From Promethearchaeia archaeon (GTDB lineage: Archaea > Asgardarchaeota > Lokiarchaeia > Sigyniarchaeales > SOKP01), in the NCBI GenBank assembly GCA_029856155.1, contig JAHQWL010000092.1, positions 21,489 to 85,488 on the forward strand: a DNA stretch of 64,000 nt, written 5' to 3'. Under the pieces are notes generated by a model, which was not told the origin of the DNA, did no database searches, and saw only the letters and a program-made list of their open reading frames with translations. Below, in pieces: positions 10,198-20,398 of this stretch; positions within the stretch are counted from its first letter, which is position 1; each line of letters begins with the position of its first letter. Made by a program: the position numbers and the translations under genes.

Positions 10198-11103
10198 TTA
10201 GTTGATTTTAAATACAGGATGAGTTGGAGGAGGCATCTTACCTTCATCGAACAATAATTGAGAATGAGCAGCTTTAATGAATGCAACGTTAGGATATACT
10301 AAATTTGCTAATTGAATAGGACCATAGAATATGAAGTCTGCTCCCGCTGCTAAAGTAATCGTTGAGGCAACTACTTTTATATATTTTTTGATATGCCCAA
10401 ATTTAGTAACCAAATTTATCCAGGAATCTGCTAAATTTTGTCCTGCAGTTCCAGCAGGATATCCATACTTATTTTTTACTTCGTCAATCGTATTAAGAGC
10501 AATCCCTAAGGATGTAAAGTCAATAATACATGTATCAATTAGAAAGTTATTTTTTTTAAAATTGTAAGACAAAGCTTTTTTTATGAGTTTATCAGTAATT
10601 TCCATTCGAGCTTCAGTTGTCCAGCATTGTGATTCAATAGGAAGAAGAAAAAATGTTTCAATGTCCGTTTGACTTAATAGTTCAAATTCTTCATCATAAG
10701 AAGAGGAGGTAATTGTATTATATACAACCTCTTTATCTAATCCATGTTCAATAAGATAATTTAGCATTGGTTGCTTAACTTCCCAATAAGGGGCGTCCAC
10801 AAGAACGGGAGTATCGGTAACTGAAAAAACAAAATCTAAAATAGGTTGAATTGATTCCTTAAAAGAAAGAATAACATCGAGTAAGGGTATCAAGCCTGTT
10901 TTATCTGCTAACTCCTCTTGCTCTTTAATTAATTTTTCAGCATATTCTTTGTTTATTTGACCTTTTCTCTCATCCCTAAAGATTTTTTTCTGCTTTAAGT
11001 AAAATATAGTACCCGCTAAAGCAGTGGGCACGCTTCTCGGATCTCCACCCACTATATATTTTCCTATCTTGTATGACTTTTGTTCTACGTTATATTTAAA
11101 CAT
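10198..11103 (-). CDS. MtrH/MtgA-like methylcorrinoid:pterin methyltransferase, divergent copy (start corrected to ATG at 11103)
   Basis: 'MFKYNVEQK...GG...PTALAGTIFY'; 301 aa, the same length as its paralog; the longer ORF-track call overlaps the upstream gene. Confidence 0.82.
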   Translation of the reverse strand: MFKYNVEQKSYKIGKYIVGGDPRSVPTALAGTIFYLKQKKIFRDERKGQINKEYAEKLIKEQEELADKTGLIPLLDVILSFKESIQPILDFVFSVTDTPVLVDAPYWEVKQPMLNYLIEHGLDKEVVYNTITSSSYDEEFELLSQTDIETFFLLPIESQCWTTEARMEITDKLIKKALSYNFKKNNFLIDTCIIDFTSLGIALNTIDEVKNKYGYPAGTAGQNLADSWINLVTKFGHIKKYIKVVASTITLAAGADFIFYGPIQLANLVYPNVAFIKAAHSQLLFDEGKMPPPTHPVFKIN

Positions 11104-11131
11104 CGGTTTAAAACAATTGATATCTTGAATT

Positions 11132-12037
11132 TTATCCAATTTTAAACACTGGATGATTTGTCGGAGCCATTTTTCCTTCATCGAACAATAGTTGTGAATG
11201 CGCAGCTTTGATGAATGCAACATTAGGGTATATGATGTTCGCATGCTGCACAGGACCATATAGTAAAAAGTCAGCTCCCGCTCCTAAAGTAATACTTGAA
11301 GCAACCACTGTCGCGTATTTTTTAATATCGCCAAATTTCGCTTTTAAATTTCTCCACGTATCCACAGCGTTGTGCGCACCAGATCCTACAGGATATCCAT
11401 ATTTATTCTTTACTTCATACATCGCGCTCATTGCTAAACCTAATGATGTAACATCCACAACAGCAGTATCAATTAAGAAGTTATGGTCTGCAAAATTAGC
11501 TTCTGTTGCTTTTTTAACGAGATTACCGATTACGTCCATTCTTGCTTGAGTAGTCCAATTCTTTGATTCCATTCCTAAAAGAATGAAATTTCTGATATTA
11601 CTTTCAGTTAATAAATTATATTCCTCCTCATTGGATTCTGGTGTGAGTGAATTATAAATGATTCTGTCTTGAATCCCCATTTCTTTAACATAGTTTAGTG
11701 CATTTATTTTTACATCTTGCGTTGGTGCATCTAATATAATAGGAACGTCGGTGACATCTACTACAAAATCAAGAATGGGTTTAATAGATGCTTCATAGGA
11801 TAAAATTACATCTAATCCGGGAGTTAAGCCTGTTTTATCTGCCATATCTTCCTGATCTTTAACTAATTTTTCTGCGAAATCCTTGATTATTTCTCCTTTA
11901 GACTCATCCCTAAAAATTCCTTTTTGGCGTAAGTAGAAAATCGTTCCGATTACCGCTGTCGGGACTTCTCTTGTATCTCCACCTATTGTATATTTTCCTA
12001 TATTATAAGATTTTTGCTCGACGTTATATTTGAACAT
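11132..12037 (-). CDS. MtrH/MtgA-like methylcorrinoid:pterin methyltransferase (start corrected to ATG at 12037)
   Basis: 'PTAVIGTIFY', 'IIYNS', 'LIDTAV', 'GYPVGSGAHNA', 'GADFLLYGP'; AGGAG RBS upstream of 12037. Confidence 0.87.
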   Translation of the reverse strand: MFKYNVEQKSYNIGKYTIGGDTREVPTAVIGTIFYLRQKGIFRDESKGEIIKDFAEKLVKDQEDMADKTGLTPGLDVILSYEASIKPILDFVVDVTDVPIILDAPTQDVKINALNYVKEMGIQDRIIYNSLTPESNEEEYNLLTESNIRNFILLGMESKNWTTQARMDVIGNLVKKATEANFADHNFLIDTAVVDVTSLGLAMSAMYEVKNKYGYPVGSGAHNAVDTWRNLKAKFGDIKKYATVVASSITLGAGADFLLYGPVQHANIIYPNVAFIKAAHSQLLFDEGKMAPTNHPVFKIG

Positions 12038-12106
12038 TATATTTACTCCTTGCAATTAACAAATAATATTATTTTGCGAAAATGAATCACCTTATTTTTA
12101 ATTTCA

Positions 12107-12122
12107 GCTTGTTATTTCAAGC
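12107..12122. promoter_or_regulatory. Palindromic operator GCTTGTTATTTCAAGC
   Basis: Reads GCTTGAAATAACAAGC on the minus strand, identical to the 16466 and 25317 sites; upstream of the MtrH pair. Confidence 0.8.
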
Positions 12123-12150
12123 ATCATTAAATTCTACTCTTTTCAAAATT

Positions 12151-12795
12151 TTACTTGAATATAGAAAAAAAAATAGTCCTCTCAATTTTTCGCAAGTGTT
12201 CACAAAATGCACTTTTAGAAATACCAAAATGATTAGCTATAGTTTCAGAATTAGTTTTACGAGGGATATCATAGTATCCGTGTTCCACTGAATAATAAAT
12301 AATCTCTTTTTGTCTTTCTGTTAAGAGTAAATTTAAATTACTCCTATTAGGCTGCACAGAATTGATACTTAAAATTTTGTAGTTATCGCCGTAAATATTT
12401 TTCTGTAAATCAATAATTGTATCGATATTTGCACCAGGTGTAATATAAGTTATGATTAAAGAATCATCTTCCATAATAATCGGAGGTTCAATTAGGATTT
12501 CAGAAACCTTAAAAAAATTGCGAAGTTCCTCATACCAGCGATGCTTAACAAGACAAATAAATTCATTTTTCTGGGTATCTTTTGCTAAAATTTCGATAAA
12601 TTCAATTCCAAATTTATTTTGAAGATTCTTGGGGTTAAAATCTTTATTTTTAAATTTAAATCGCTGAGTCGCATAGATATGAATATCATCAAACCGGTGA
12701 ATTTGAAGTAATTCATATTTTGTTAATAAATCAAAAAAGTCTTGATAACTAGGGTTAATTGGGATTTTGAGGACAATTTTTTTCAATTTTTTCAT
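12151..12795 (-). CDS. HTH-10 (Bat-like) transcriptional regulator, copy 2
   Basis: 'LTERQKEII...GYYDIPRK...IANHFGISKSAFCEHLRKIE'; paralog of 6664..7308. Confidence 0.88.
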   Translation of the reverse strand: MKKLKKIVLKIPINPSYQDFFDLLTKYELLQIHRFDDIHIYATQRFKFKNKDFNPKNLQNKFGIEFIEILAKDTQKNEFICLVKHRWYEELRNFFKVSEILIEPPIIMEDDSLIITYITPGANIDTIIDLQKNIYGDNYKILSINSVQPNRSNLNLLLTERQKEIIYYSVEHGYYDIPRKTNSETIANHFGISKSAFCEHLRKIERTIFFSIFK

Positions 12796-12972
12796 ATTAT
12801 TCAGATATATTTTAGTTCGGATATGTGATTTCTATTCATAAGCATTAATTAACTGATCTGATAACCTAAGACCCAACGAGTCAAGCACAATTAATATAAA
12901 TTTATGAATTTTAAATAAATTGCTATTTTTCAAATCTATTTTAAAGAAATATAATTAAAAAGGGAATAATAA

Positions 12973-14487
12973 ATGAGAGAAGGAGAAAGAGTAAAATATC
13001 CTAAAATGAATCGAATGTGGCGTATCGCATCTAAAGAAGATTTAGAGAGAATCGATAATGCTGCATATCACATTTTAAGTGAAATGGGAGTTTTTATCGA
13101 TGATAAAGATTGTATCGAATACTTAAAAGATACTCCATTAGAAATTGATGAAAAGGAACTCATTGTGAAATTTCCAGAATTTTGGGTACGCGAGATGATC
13201 GCAAAAGCTCCAAAATCATATATACTTGCTGCTAGGGATCCTAATAATGATTTATTACTATCAAGTTACCACGACGATTTTTATAACTTATTTACGAGTG
13301 GTTCGACGAAAATGTATCTTTGGAATGAGCAAACAAATCAATGGGACTCTAGAATTCCCGGTGAAGAAGATGTAATTAGAGGATTTAGGATGATTGATGC
13401 TGTGGATGCTTATGATGGATTTTTTGGTACACCCGTGGAAGATGTGAAACGAACAAATCAAGGGCTTCCCGCTGAGCTTCATACTACCTATAATAAAATG
13501 AAATGGTCTACAAAACATGGTGGAGTATGTGCGATCACCGAAGGAGGATTAAACGAATGGGACTATGTCGGTAAACTTGCCGCTGAAGTTCAAGGTGGAT
13601 TTGATGAGTTAAAAAGACGACCCATAATCGCAGGTTTACCAACCTGCATTGGGCCCATGACTAGTACCCGTCAGAATTTCTGGGCTGCTGTGGGAAGTGC
13701 TAAATATCATTTACCTACAGTACCTTATTGGGGGGGAACGGCACCATTTACAGCACCCGCAACTGCTCCAGCAATGAATGCAATGGCTTTGGCATGTACG
13801 CATTATTGTATAGCTGTTTCACAATATCTCGATCCTGGAACGGCGGCAGTTCCTTGGCCTAATACTTCACCTGTTGATCCACAATCTGGTCAATTAGCGA
13901 TAAATCCAATTGCTACAATGGTACTTGGAATGGGAGGTCAAGTTTATCAAGATTTATATGGTCTTCCTATTGCGGGATGCGCATATTGCTTATCATCATC
14001 TTTAGATGAAGCTGGTGCTACATGGGCATTAAACTTATTAACAGAGTTATTATGGGGAGTGAATGTGCAACAAGTCGGATCCACACCCGGAGCGTTTATG
14101 TGGGAAACGATTCCAATGGGAGAAACATTAGTAAATTATACTAAGCAGTTCTTATTCGAAATGACTGAAGATCTTTTAAATATTGATGAAGAACACTTAG
14201 CTTTAGATGTAATAAAAGAAACTGGTCCTAAAAAAATGTTCACGACTCATCCTCACACTCTAAAATGGATTGATCCCAAGAGGGGGTTATTCTGGCATGC
14301 TAACGACTGGATCCATGAACATTCGGATCAATGGCTTGCGAAGGGAGCTAAAACATGGGTTGAAATTTGTCGTGAACGTTTGAAAGAATTAGATAAACAT
14401 CAACCAGATCCACCAATCCCAAAAGATGTAGATGAACGATGTAATGCACTTTTAAAAGAAGCAGATGAGGAACTCGCATTGTTTTAA
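12973..14487 (+). CDS. MttB superfamily methyltransferase, non-pyrrolysine, copy 3
   Basis: Paralog of copies 1 and 2; no in-frame TAG. Confidence 0.85.
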   Translation: MREGERVKYPKMNRMWRIASKEDLERIDNAAYHILSEMGVFIDDKDCIEYLKDTPLEIDEKELIVKFPEFWVREMIAKAPKSYILAARDPNNDLLLSSYHDDFYNLFTSGSTKMYLWNEQTNQWDSRIPGEEDVIRGFRMIDAVDAYDGFFGTPVEDVKRTNQGLPAELHTTYNKMKWSTKHGGVCAITEGGLNEWDYVGKLAAEVQGGFDELKRRPIIAGLPTCIGPMTSTRQNFWAAVGSAKYHLPTVPYWGGTAPFTAPATAPAMNAMALACTHYCIAVSQYLDPGTAAVPWPNTSPVDPQSGQLAINPIATMVLGMGGQVYQDLYGLPIAGCAYCLSSSLDEAGATWALNLLTELLWGVNVQQVGSTPGAFMWETIPMGETLVNYTKQFLFEMTEDLLNIDEEHLALDVIKETGPKKMFTTHPHTLKWIDPKRGLFWHANDWIHEHSDQWLAKGAKTWVEICRERLKELDKHQPDPPIPKDVDERCNALLKEADEELALF

Positions 14488-14504
14488 AGAGAGGTGAATT
14501 ATAA

Positions 14505-15173
14505 ATGACAAGTAAAGAAGAAATAATTAATGGAATGAAAGATGCTATTATAACCTATAACAAGGCAAAATGCTTGGAACTCGCTAAGCAAGGAATAACC
14601 GAAAAAGTAAACTCTTTAGAATTAATACAAGAAGGATTAACTCCCGCGATACAGGAACTCGGAGAGAAATTCGGGAGAGGCGAAATTGCTCTTCCATACC
14701 TCATGGTGGGCGCGGAAGCGATGCAGGATGCATTAAACTACATCTTAGAAACCATGCCAAAAGGAGAATATAAACCGAAAGCAAAAATGGTACTCGGGAC
14801 CGTAAAAGGAGATATTCATGATTTAGGAATTAGTATCGTAGAAGCTGTGTTTCAAGCGAATGGAATTCAAGTGTATAATCTCGGTCGCGATAATCCCAAA
14901 GAAAAGTTTGTGGAAAAGGCAGAATTAGAAGAAGCAGATATTATTGGCACATCCGCTTTGCTCACAGGCACCATGTTCGAACAGAAAGTTGTTATTGAAT
15001 ACTTGAAAAAGCAAGGCCTTCGAGACAAGTATATCTACTTGATCGGAGGAGGAGCATGTCCTTCTAGTGAATGGTGCGATGAGATTGGTGCTGATGGATG
15101 GGCTACCGATGTGATGCTCGGACTTGATGCTGCTAAGAAATCATTGGCAGAAAAGAAAGGAATCGAACTTTAA
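14505..15173 (+). CDS. Corrinoid protein (MttC/MtgC-like), copy 2
   Basis: 8 aa differences in 222 from 8978..9646 by manual count; DxHxxG intact. Confidence 0.92.
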   Translation: MTSKEEIINGMKDAIITYNKAKCLELAKQGITEKVNSLELIQEGLTPAIQELGEKFGRGEIALPYLMVGAEAMQDALNYILETMPKGEYKPKAKMVLGTVKGDIHDLGISIVEAVFQANGIQVYNLGRDNPKEKFVEKAELEEADIIGTSALLTGTMFEQKVVIEYLKKQGLRDKYIYLIGGGACPSSEWCDEIGADGWATDVMLGLDAAKKSLAEKKGIEL

Positions 15174-15237
15174 TTTAATTTTTTTTTTAAATTTAGAATA
15201 AATTAATAATAAAAATAAAAGAGGAATGATATAAAAG

Positions 15238-15570
15238 ATGGTTAATGCACAAGAAGGATTTGAAATAATGAAGAAGAACTTCAAACCAGAAGTTGCCAAG
15301 GAGTTTAAGAAACGAGTGGTTGTTCAATATAATATAGAAGGTCCTGGTGGTGGGACATGGCAAGTTAGTTTTGATAATGGCAAAATAGAAATTGTAGAAG
15401 GAGAGAAAGAAAAAGCCGTTCTAAAATTTAATTATGATTGCATAGAGAGTTTTGTTGGGATCCAAACAGGAGAAGTGGATGGCATTCAAGCATACACAAC
15501 GGCCAAATTACGAATTGAAGGACCCATTGCCCTTGCTCAACAAATCGGAAAGATTTTTGGCGCTGTTTAA
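15238..15570 (+). CDS. SCP2 sterol/lipid-binding domain protein, copy 2
   Basis: Paralog of 9700..10032. Confidence 0.85.
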   Translation: MVNAQEGFEIMKKNFKPEVAKEFKKRVVVQYNIEGPGGGTWQVSFDNGKIEIVEGEKEKAVLKFNYDCIESFVGIQTGEVDGIQAYTTAKLRIEGPIALAQQIGKIFGAV

Positions 15571-15603
15571 ATCGATTATTAAACGAAGGAGTTGTGATAC
15601 AAC

Positions 15604-16377
15604 GTGTTAAAAGATAAAGTTGCTGTAATAACTGGTGGAGCACAAGGGATTGGACATGCTATCGCAACAAAATTTGCTGAAGCTGGTGCTAACATCGCTA
15701 TAATTGATATAAAAGATTCATCAAAAATAGTTGATAAAGTAAAAAACTATGGAGTAGATGTGATTGCTTTCAATGCTGATGTGTCTGATGAGGATGCAAT
15801 GAAAAGTGCATTCGATAAAATCATAGAAAAATGGGATAAAATAGACATTCTAGTGAATAATGCAGGAATTTATCCATTAGAGCGCTTTACTGATATTCCA
15901 ATAGCTTTAGTTAAAAAAGTTTTTGATACCAATGTTATCGGAACCTACATCTGCAGTCAGATTGCCGCAAATATATTCATTTCTAACTCAATTGAAGGTA
16001 TAATTCTTAATATGGCTTCGGCAGCAGGAATTACTCCCGATAAATATCATTTACATTATGCTGCATCCAAAGCTGCTATAATTTCATTAACAAAAGGAAT
16101 GGCAATGGAATTGATAAACGACAAAATACGAGTTAATGCAATCGCACCTGGAGCAGTTGCTACAGAAGGAGCAAGAAACCCTGGACTTTTTGAAAAGTCT
16201 GGTAAAATTCCAGATAAATTTATGGAAATGCAAATGAAAAAATTTTCTCCTTTAGCCAAATCTGGGATGGGAGAACCAATGGATATTGCTAATATGGCAT
16301 TATATCTCGTTTCGGAACAAGCTAAATATATCACGGGAACAATTATTTCGGTAGATGGAGGACGACTTTTATTATAA
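15604..16377 (+). CDS. Short-chain dehydrogenase/reductase (classical SDR, probably NAD-dependent)
   Basis: GTG start; 'TGGAQGIG', 'NNAG', 'YAASK', 'VNAIAPG'; Asp at the end of beta2 ('IIDI'). Confidence 0.9.
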   Translation: MLKDKVAVITGGAQGIGHAIATKFAEAGANIAIIDIKDSSKIVDKVKNYGVDVIAFNADVSDEDAMKSAFDKIIEKWDKIDILVNNAGIYPLERFTDIPIALVKKVFDTNVIGTYICSQIAANIFISNSIEGIILNMASAAGITPDKYHLHYAASKAAIISLTKGMAMELINDKIRVNAIAPGAVATEGARNPGLFEKSGKIPDKFMEMQMKKFSPLAKSGMGEPMDIANMALYLVSEQAKYITGTIISVDGGRLLL

Positions 16378-16465
16378 TTGAGAATCCCAAATTATCTTTT
16401 TTTTTTAATATCTGATTAGGATTAAAAAAAGTTTATAACATTTTATTATGAATAACTTTTCAATT

Positions 16466-16481
16466 GCTTGAAATAACAAGC
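16466..16481. promoter_or_regulatory. Palindromic operator GCTTGAAATAACAAGC
   Basis: Perfect consensus (extends to TTGCTTG..CAAGCAA) upstream of the RACo gene. Confidence 0.8.
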
Positions 16482-16570
16482 AAAATTGATATAAAAATTA
16501 TAACATTTTTCTTCACAAGATTTTATTATTTAATATCCAATCATTATTAATATAAATTCTAGACAAAAAA

Positions 16571-18475
16571 ATGAGTAAAATTAACATTATTTTTCAGCCC
16601 GAAGGAAAACGAGTTGAAGTTGAGAAAGAAGATTCGATTTTATCTGCTGCTTTAAAAGTTGGAATTGATTTAACGTCAATATGTGCTGGGAAAGGAATTT
16701 GTGGTAAATGTAAGGTAATAATAGACGATACAAAAGCAGTAAATGATCTCACTTACAAGGAACTCGAACTTCTCACACTAGAAGAAAGGGAAAATGGTGT
16801 TCGATTAGCTTGTTTTACGAAGATCAAAGATGAGGTTGTAGTAAAAGTCCCGGAATATAGTAGGACGGGAAAACAACGCCTTCAAATTGAAGGTATCGAA
16901 ACGCCTATTAAACTAAATCCAGTTGTTAAAAAGTATTATATTGAATTGGAAGTTCCCACTTTGGAGGATCCACGAGCAGATTCAGATCGAATCATTGATT
17001 ATCTACATAATATGTTTAATCTTTCTAATTTAAGTTTAGATTATAATCTAATAAAAAATTTAGCTACATATGTGCGTGGAGCGGATTGGAAATTCACAGC
17101 AGTTATATGGCAAGATATTATTATTAGCATTGAACCGGATGATACAACTGATCGTATTTTTGGTTATGCTGTGGACATAGGAACTACAAAACTAGCGGGA
17201 TATATTGTAAATCTAAATACGAGTGAAGTTGTTGCTGCGGGTTCATTAATGAATCCACAAATACCCTTTGGAGAAGATGTTATCTCAAGATTAAATCATC
17301 CAGAACAAGAGAAATTGCAAAAGGTTGTTGTTGAAGGGATAAATCAAATATTAGAGTCCTTAAAAGAGAAGGTAGGAGTGAGATCCAAAGAGATTTATGA
17401 AATGACTGTTGTAGGAAATACAATTATGCATCATCTTTTTCTGGGTATTTTTCCTTTATACGTTGGACGTTCCCCTTATCCCCCTGTTTTAAGAAGCTCA
17501 ATTATAATTAATGCGAAAGAGATTGGAATAAATTTGCATCCTAATGCTAAAATTATGGTCTTACCAACAATTGCAGGTTTTGTTGGAGCAGACACTGTTG
17601 GTGTAATTTTATCAACAGAATTATATAAAAAAAGTGAGATTTGTCTTGCTATTGACATTGGTACAAATACTGAAGTTGTCTTAGGTAATCAAGACAACAT
17701 GATGGCCGCATCTTGCGCCTCTGGACCTGCATTTGAGGGGGCTCATATTAAATTTGGGATGCGAGCTGCTAGTGGCGCGATAGAGAAAATAAAAATTAAT
17801 TCAAAAACATTAGATGTTGATTATGAAACTATTGATAATGAACCTCCTATAGGTATTTGTGGTTCAGGAATGATAGATTTAGTTGCTGAGATGATAAGAA
17901 CTGGTATCATAGATGTGGGGGGTATATTTAATCGACAATTAAACAATCCACGAGTGAGGATGAATGAAGACAAAGTTATGGAATATATTGTTGTACCCTC
18001 TGATCAAACAGCAAATAAACGGGATATAACATTCTCTCAAAAGGATGTTTCACAAATTATTTTAGCCAAAGCTGCGATGCATACAGGGGTCAAACTCTTA
18101 TTAAAAAACTCCAATATTAAAAAAGAGGACATCCAAAGTGTGTTTTTAGCAGGAGCTTTCGGGTCTCACATTAATAAAGAGAGTGCTCGAATGATTGGTG
18201 TTTTTCCTGAAATTGATTTGGATAAAATCATAGCTGTAGGAAATGCTGCTGGAACAGGCGCAAGGATGTGTTTAGTTTCAAAAGAAGCTAAGGAGATTTC
18301 CGACAAGATTTCTGAAAAAGTAAATTATCTCGAGCTTGGGATCGATCCAGACTTTCAAAAAATATTTTTAAATTCACACATTATTCCCTACGCAGATTTA
18401 GACGAATTTCCCCAAACTTCTAAAATTTTAAAAGAATATAATAATTATCCAACAACACCACCTCCAAGGTTTTAA
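16571..18475 (+). CDS. Reductive activator of corrinoid proteins (RACo/RamA-like ASKHA ATPase with N-terminal 2Fe-2S domain)
   Basis: 'CAGKGICGKC...RLAC', 'VDIGTT', 'NPQIPFGEDVISR', 'DIGTNTE', 'GPAFEG', 'GICGSG', 'LAGAFG', 'GNAAGTGA'. Confidence 0.92.
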   Translation: MSKINIIFQPEGKRVEVEKEDSILSAALKVGIDLTSICAGKGICGKCKVIIDDTKAVNDLTYKELELLTLEERENGVRLACFTKIKDEVVVKVPEYSRTGKQRLQIEGIETPIKLNPVVKKYYIELEVPTLEDPRADSDRIIDYLHNMFNLSNLSLDYNLIKNLATYVRGADWKFTAVIWQDIIISIEPDDTTDRIFGYAVDIGTTKLAGYIVNLNTSEVVAAGSLMNPQIPFGEDVISRLNHPEQEKLQKVVVEGINQILESLKEKVGVRSKEIYEMTVVGNTIMHHLFLGIFPLYVGRSPYPPVLRSSIIINAKEIGINLHPNAKIMVLPTIAGFVGADTVGVILSTELYKKSEICLAIDIGTNTEVVLGNQDNMMAASCASGPAFEGAHIKFGMRAASGAIEKIKINSKTLDVDYETIDNEPPIGICGSGMIDLVAEMIRTGIIDVGGIFNRQLNNPRVRMNEDKVMEYIVVPSDQTANKRDITFSQKDVSQIILAKAAMHTGVKLLLKNSNIKKEDIQSVFLAGAFGSHINKESARMIGVFPEIDLDKIIAVGNAAGTGARMCLVSKEAKEISDKISEKVNYLELGIDPDFQKIFLNSHIIPYADLDEFPQTSKILKEYNNYPTTPPPRF

Positions 18476-18525
18476 TAATCAAGCGGATTGAATATTTAAC
18501 GAGAAAAGGATAAAGTGGTATTAAG

Positions 18526-20265
18526 ATGAAAACTATTGAAAAAACAAGAAAAGGAACACTTAAAAGTTTTGATCCTCAAATTTATAATGAAGCAATTAAG
18601 GCTCTAAAAGATGAAGATGTCAGAATTATAAACTTTGAAGTAACTCGAATAATTGCTAAAGTGATTAGAACGATGTATGGTCCTAAAGGGTTGGATAAAA
18701 TGATCGTTCCTGTATCAAATGAGGCTGAAATAACTCAAAAGGGATATAAAGTTGTAAAAAGCTTTAAAAATAGATTCCCCATTTCTTTAATGCTAATTGA
18801 ATTGGTTACAACACAAGAAGATAATTGTGGAGATGGTACAAAGACAACATTACTTTTTACAGCATTATTGTTAGAGAAGGCTAAGGAAATGATGAGCTTG
18901 GGTGTTTCACCTCAAACTATTAATAAGGGTTTTTCTTTAGCTTTAGAAAAATCGTTAGAAATATTGGAAGATAATGTTATACCCTATATATCTCAAGATA
19001 ATGAAGTACTAATGAGTATTATTGCATCCGTTATGCATGGTAAATTTTCATCTCAAATAAAGGAACATTATATGAATCTGGTTCTAACAACCCTTGAAAA
19101 AAATGAAAATCTTTTTTTAGAAACCTCCGAATTTGATTTTACGGATATTTTATATAGAAAGGAGCAAGGAAGAAGTACTTATGATTCAGAATTAGTTAAT
19201 GGGATGATCATTTATAAGGATAAACCTAATTTATCGCTTCCTAATAAAATAATTAACTCTAAAATATTACTAGTTCAGAAAAGCCTTGATTTTTTTGTTC
19301 CTGGAAATCAGGAGCCGTATAGTAGACAAGTTGAAATTAAGAGCGTGGAGAAATATCAGTCATTTTCCCGATTTCATAATGATTATTATCAGAATCTAGC
19401 AAAATTTTTTAAACAAAAAGGAATTAATGTAATCCTTTCTCAAAAAAAGATTAATTCACTTCTAATTGACTACTGTGCAAGTATAAATATCATTGCATTG
19501 GAATTGGTAGGAGAGAAAGAGATGAAAAAATTATCTAAATTATTAGATGTTCCAGTAATCTCAAGTATTAATGACTTTTCTGAAGATCAATTAGGATTCG
19601 CAAACTTAGTAGAATTTAGGAAAGTAAGTGGCGATGAGATGTTTTTTATCCATTTAGAGAATTCAAAAATTTTAACCTTTTTATTACGTGGAGGAATATC
19701 ATATGCTGCCGATCAATTAGAAGAAAATCTACAAGGATCTTTAAGAGTAGCGACCCAAACACTTAAAGACAAAAAACTTTTACCAGGAGGTGGGGCATTA
19801 GACTGTGAGCTTTCTCGAATACTCAAAATCTATGCAGGGGAATTTCCTAATAAATATCAAATGGTAATTAGCGAATATGCTAAAGCATTAGAAAGTTTAC
19901 CTGGTTACTTAATTTTAAATTCAGCGGGAGATCCACTCGAAATTATACCTAAATTACGCGAAACTCATTTAAATGGTAAAAAATTAGAAGGATTTAATTG
20001 TAATACAAAGAAAATAGTTGATGTGTTAAAAGAGGGAATTTTTGACGGATATATGGTTAAGAAACACGCATTAAAAATAGCTACTGAGATGGCTCGCCAG
20101 ATTGTCCGGGTTGATGCTTTAGTTATGGTATATGATCGAAAATTATATGAAAAGATCGAAAAAGAAGGGAAAGAAGTTAAAAGTCAGAAACATCAAGAAA
20201 AGGTGCGAAAATATCTCAACAAAAAAGATGAGGATTTATTCTCTGATCTTTATAATTCTAAATAA
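18526..20265 (+). CDS. Divergent group II chaperonin (thermosome/TCP-1 family)
   Basis: 'TMYGPKGLDKM', 'GDGTKT', 'PGGGA', 'GIFD'. Confidence 0.82.
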   Translation: MKTIEKTRKGTLKSFDPQIYNEAIKALKDEDVRIINFEVTRIIAKVIRTMYGPKGLDKMIVPVSNEAEITQKGYKVVKSFKNRFPISLMLIELVTTQEDNCGDGTKTTLLFTALLLEKAKEMMSLGVSPQTINKGFSLALEKSLEILEDNVIPYISQDNEVLMSIIASVMHGKFSSQIKEHYMNLVLTTLEKNENLFLETSEFDFTDILYRKEQGRSTYDSELVNGMIIYKDKPNLSLPNKIINSKILLVQKSLDFFVPGNQEPYSRQVEIKSVEKYQSFSRFHNDYYQNLAKFFKQKGINVILSQKKINSLLIDYCASINIIALELVGEKEMKKLSKLLDVPVISSINDFSEDQLGFANLVEFRKVSGDEMFFIHLENSKILTFLLRGGISYAADQLEENLQGSLRVATQTLKDKKLLPGGGALDCELSRILKIYAGEFPNKYQMVISEYAKALESLPGYLILNSAGDPLEIIPKLRETHLNGKKLEGFNCNTKKIVDVLKEGIFDGYMVKKHALKIATEMARQIVRVDALVMVYDRKLYEKIEKEGKEVKSQKHQEKVRKYLNKKDEDLFSDLYNSK

Positions 20266-20398
20266 TATTATTTCTTTCAAGGTGAATGGGAAAGCTCAAT
20301 TAAAAGAATTACTCGTAATTTATCTCGAAATAAAAAAACCAATTCAAATTTATGTTATATTACCGAATTTAGAACAAATTTCTTAAAAAATCCTTAAT

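Noticed and set aside
11104-11259. N-terminal extension of ORF 10198..11259
   Set aside because: It overlaps the 3' end of the upstream paralog; alignment of the paralogs puts the start at 11103.
10198-12037. MtrH genes as evidence of methanogenesis or a membrane Mtr complex
   Set aside because: No mtrA-G or mcr genes are in the window; the context fits a soluble MtgA-like role.
4473-14487. Pyrrolysine (TAG) read-through in the MttB genes
   Set aside because: All three ORFs are full length with no internal TAG and end in TAA; no pyl genes are in the window.
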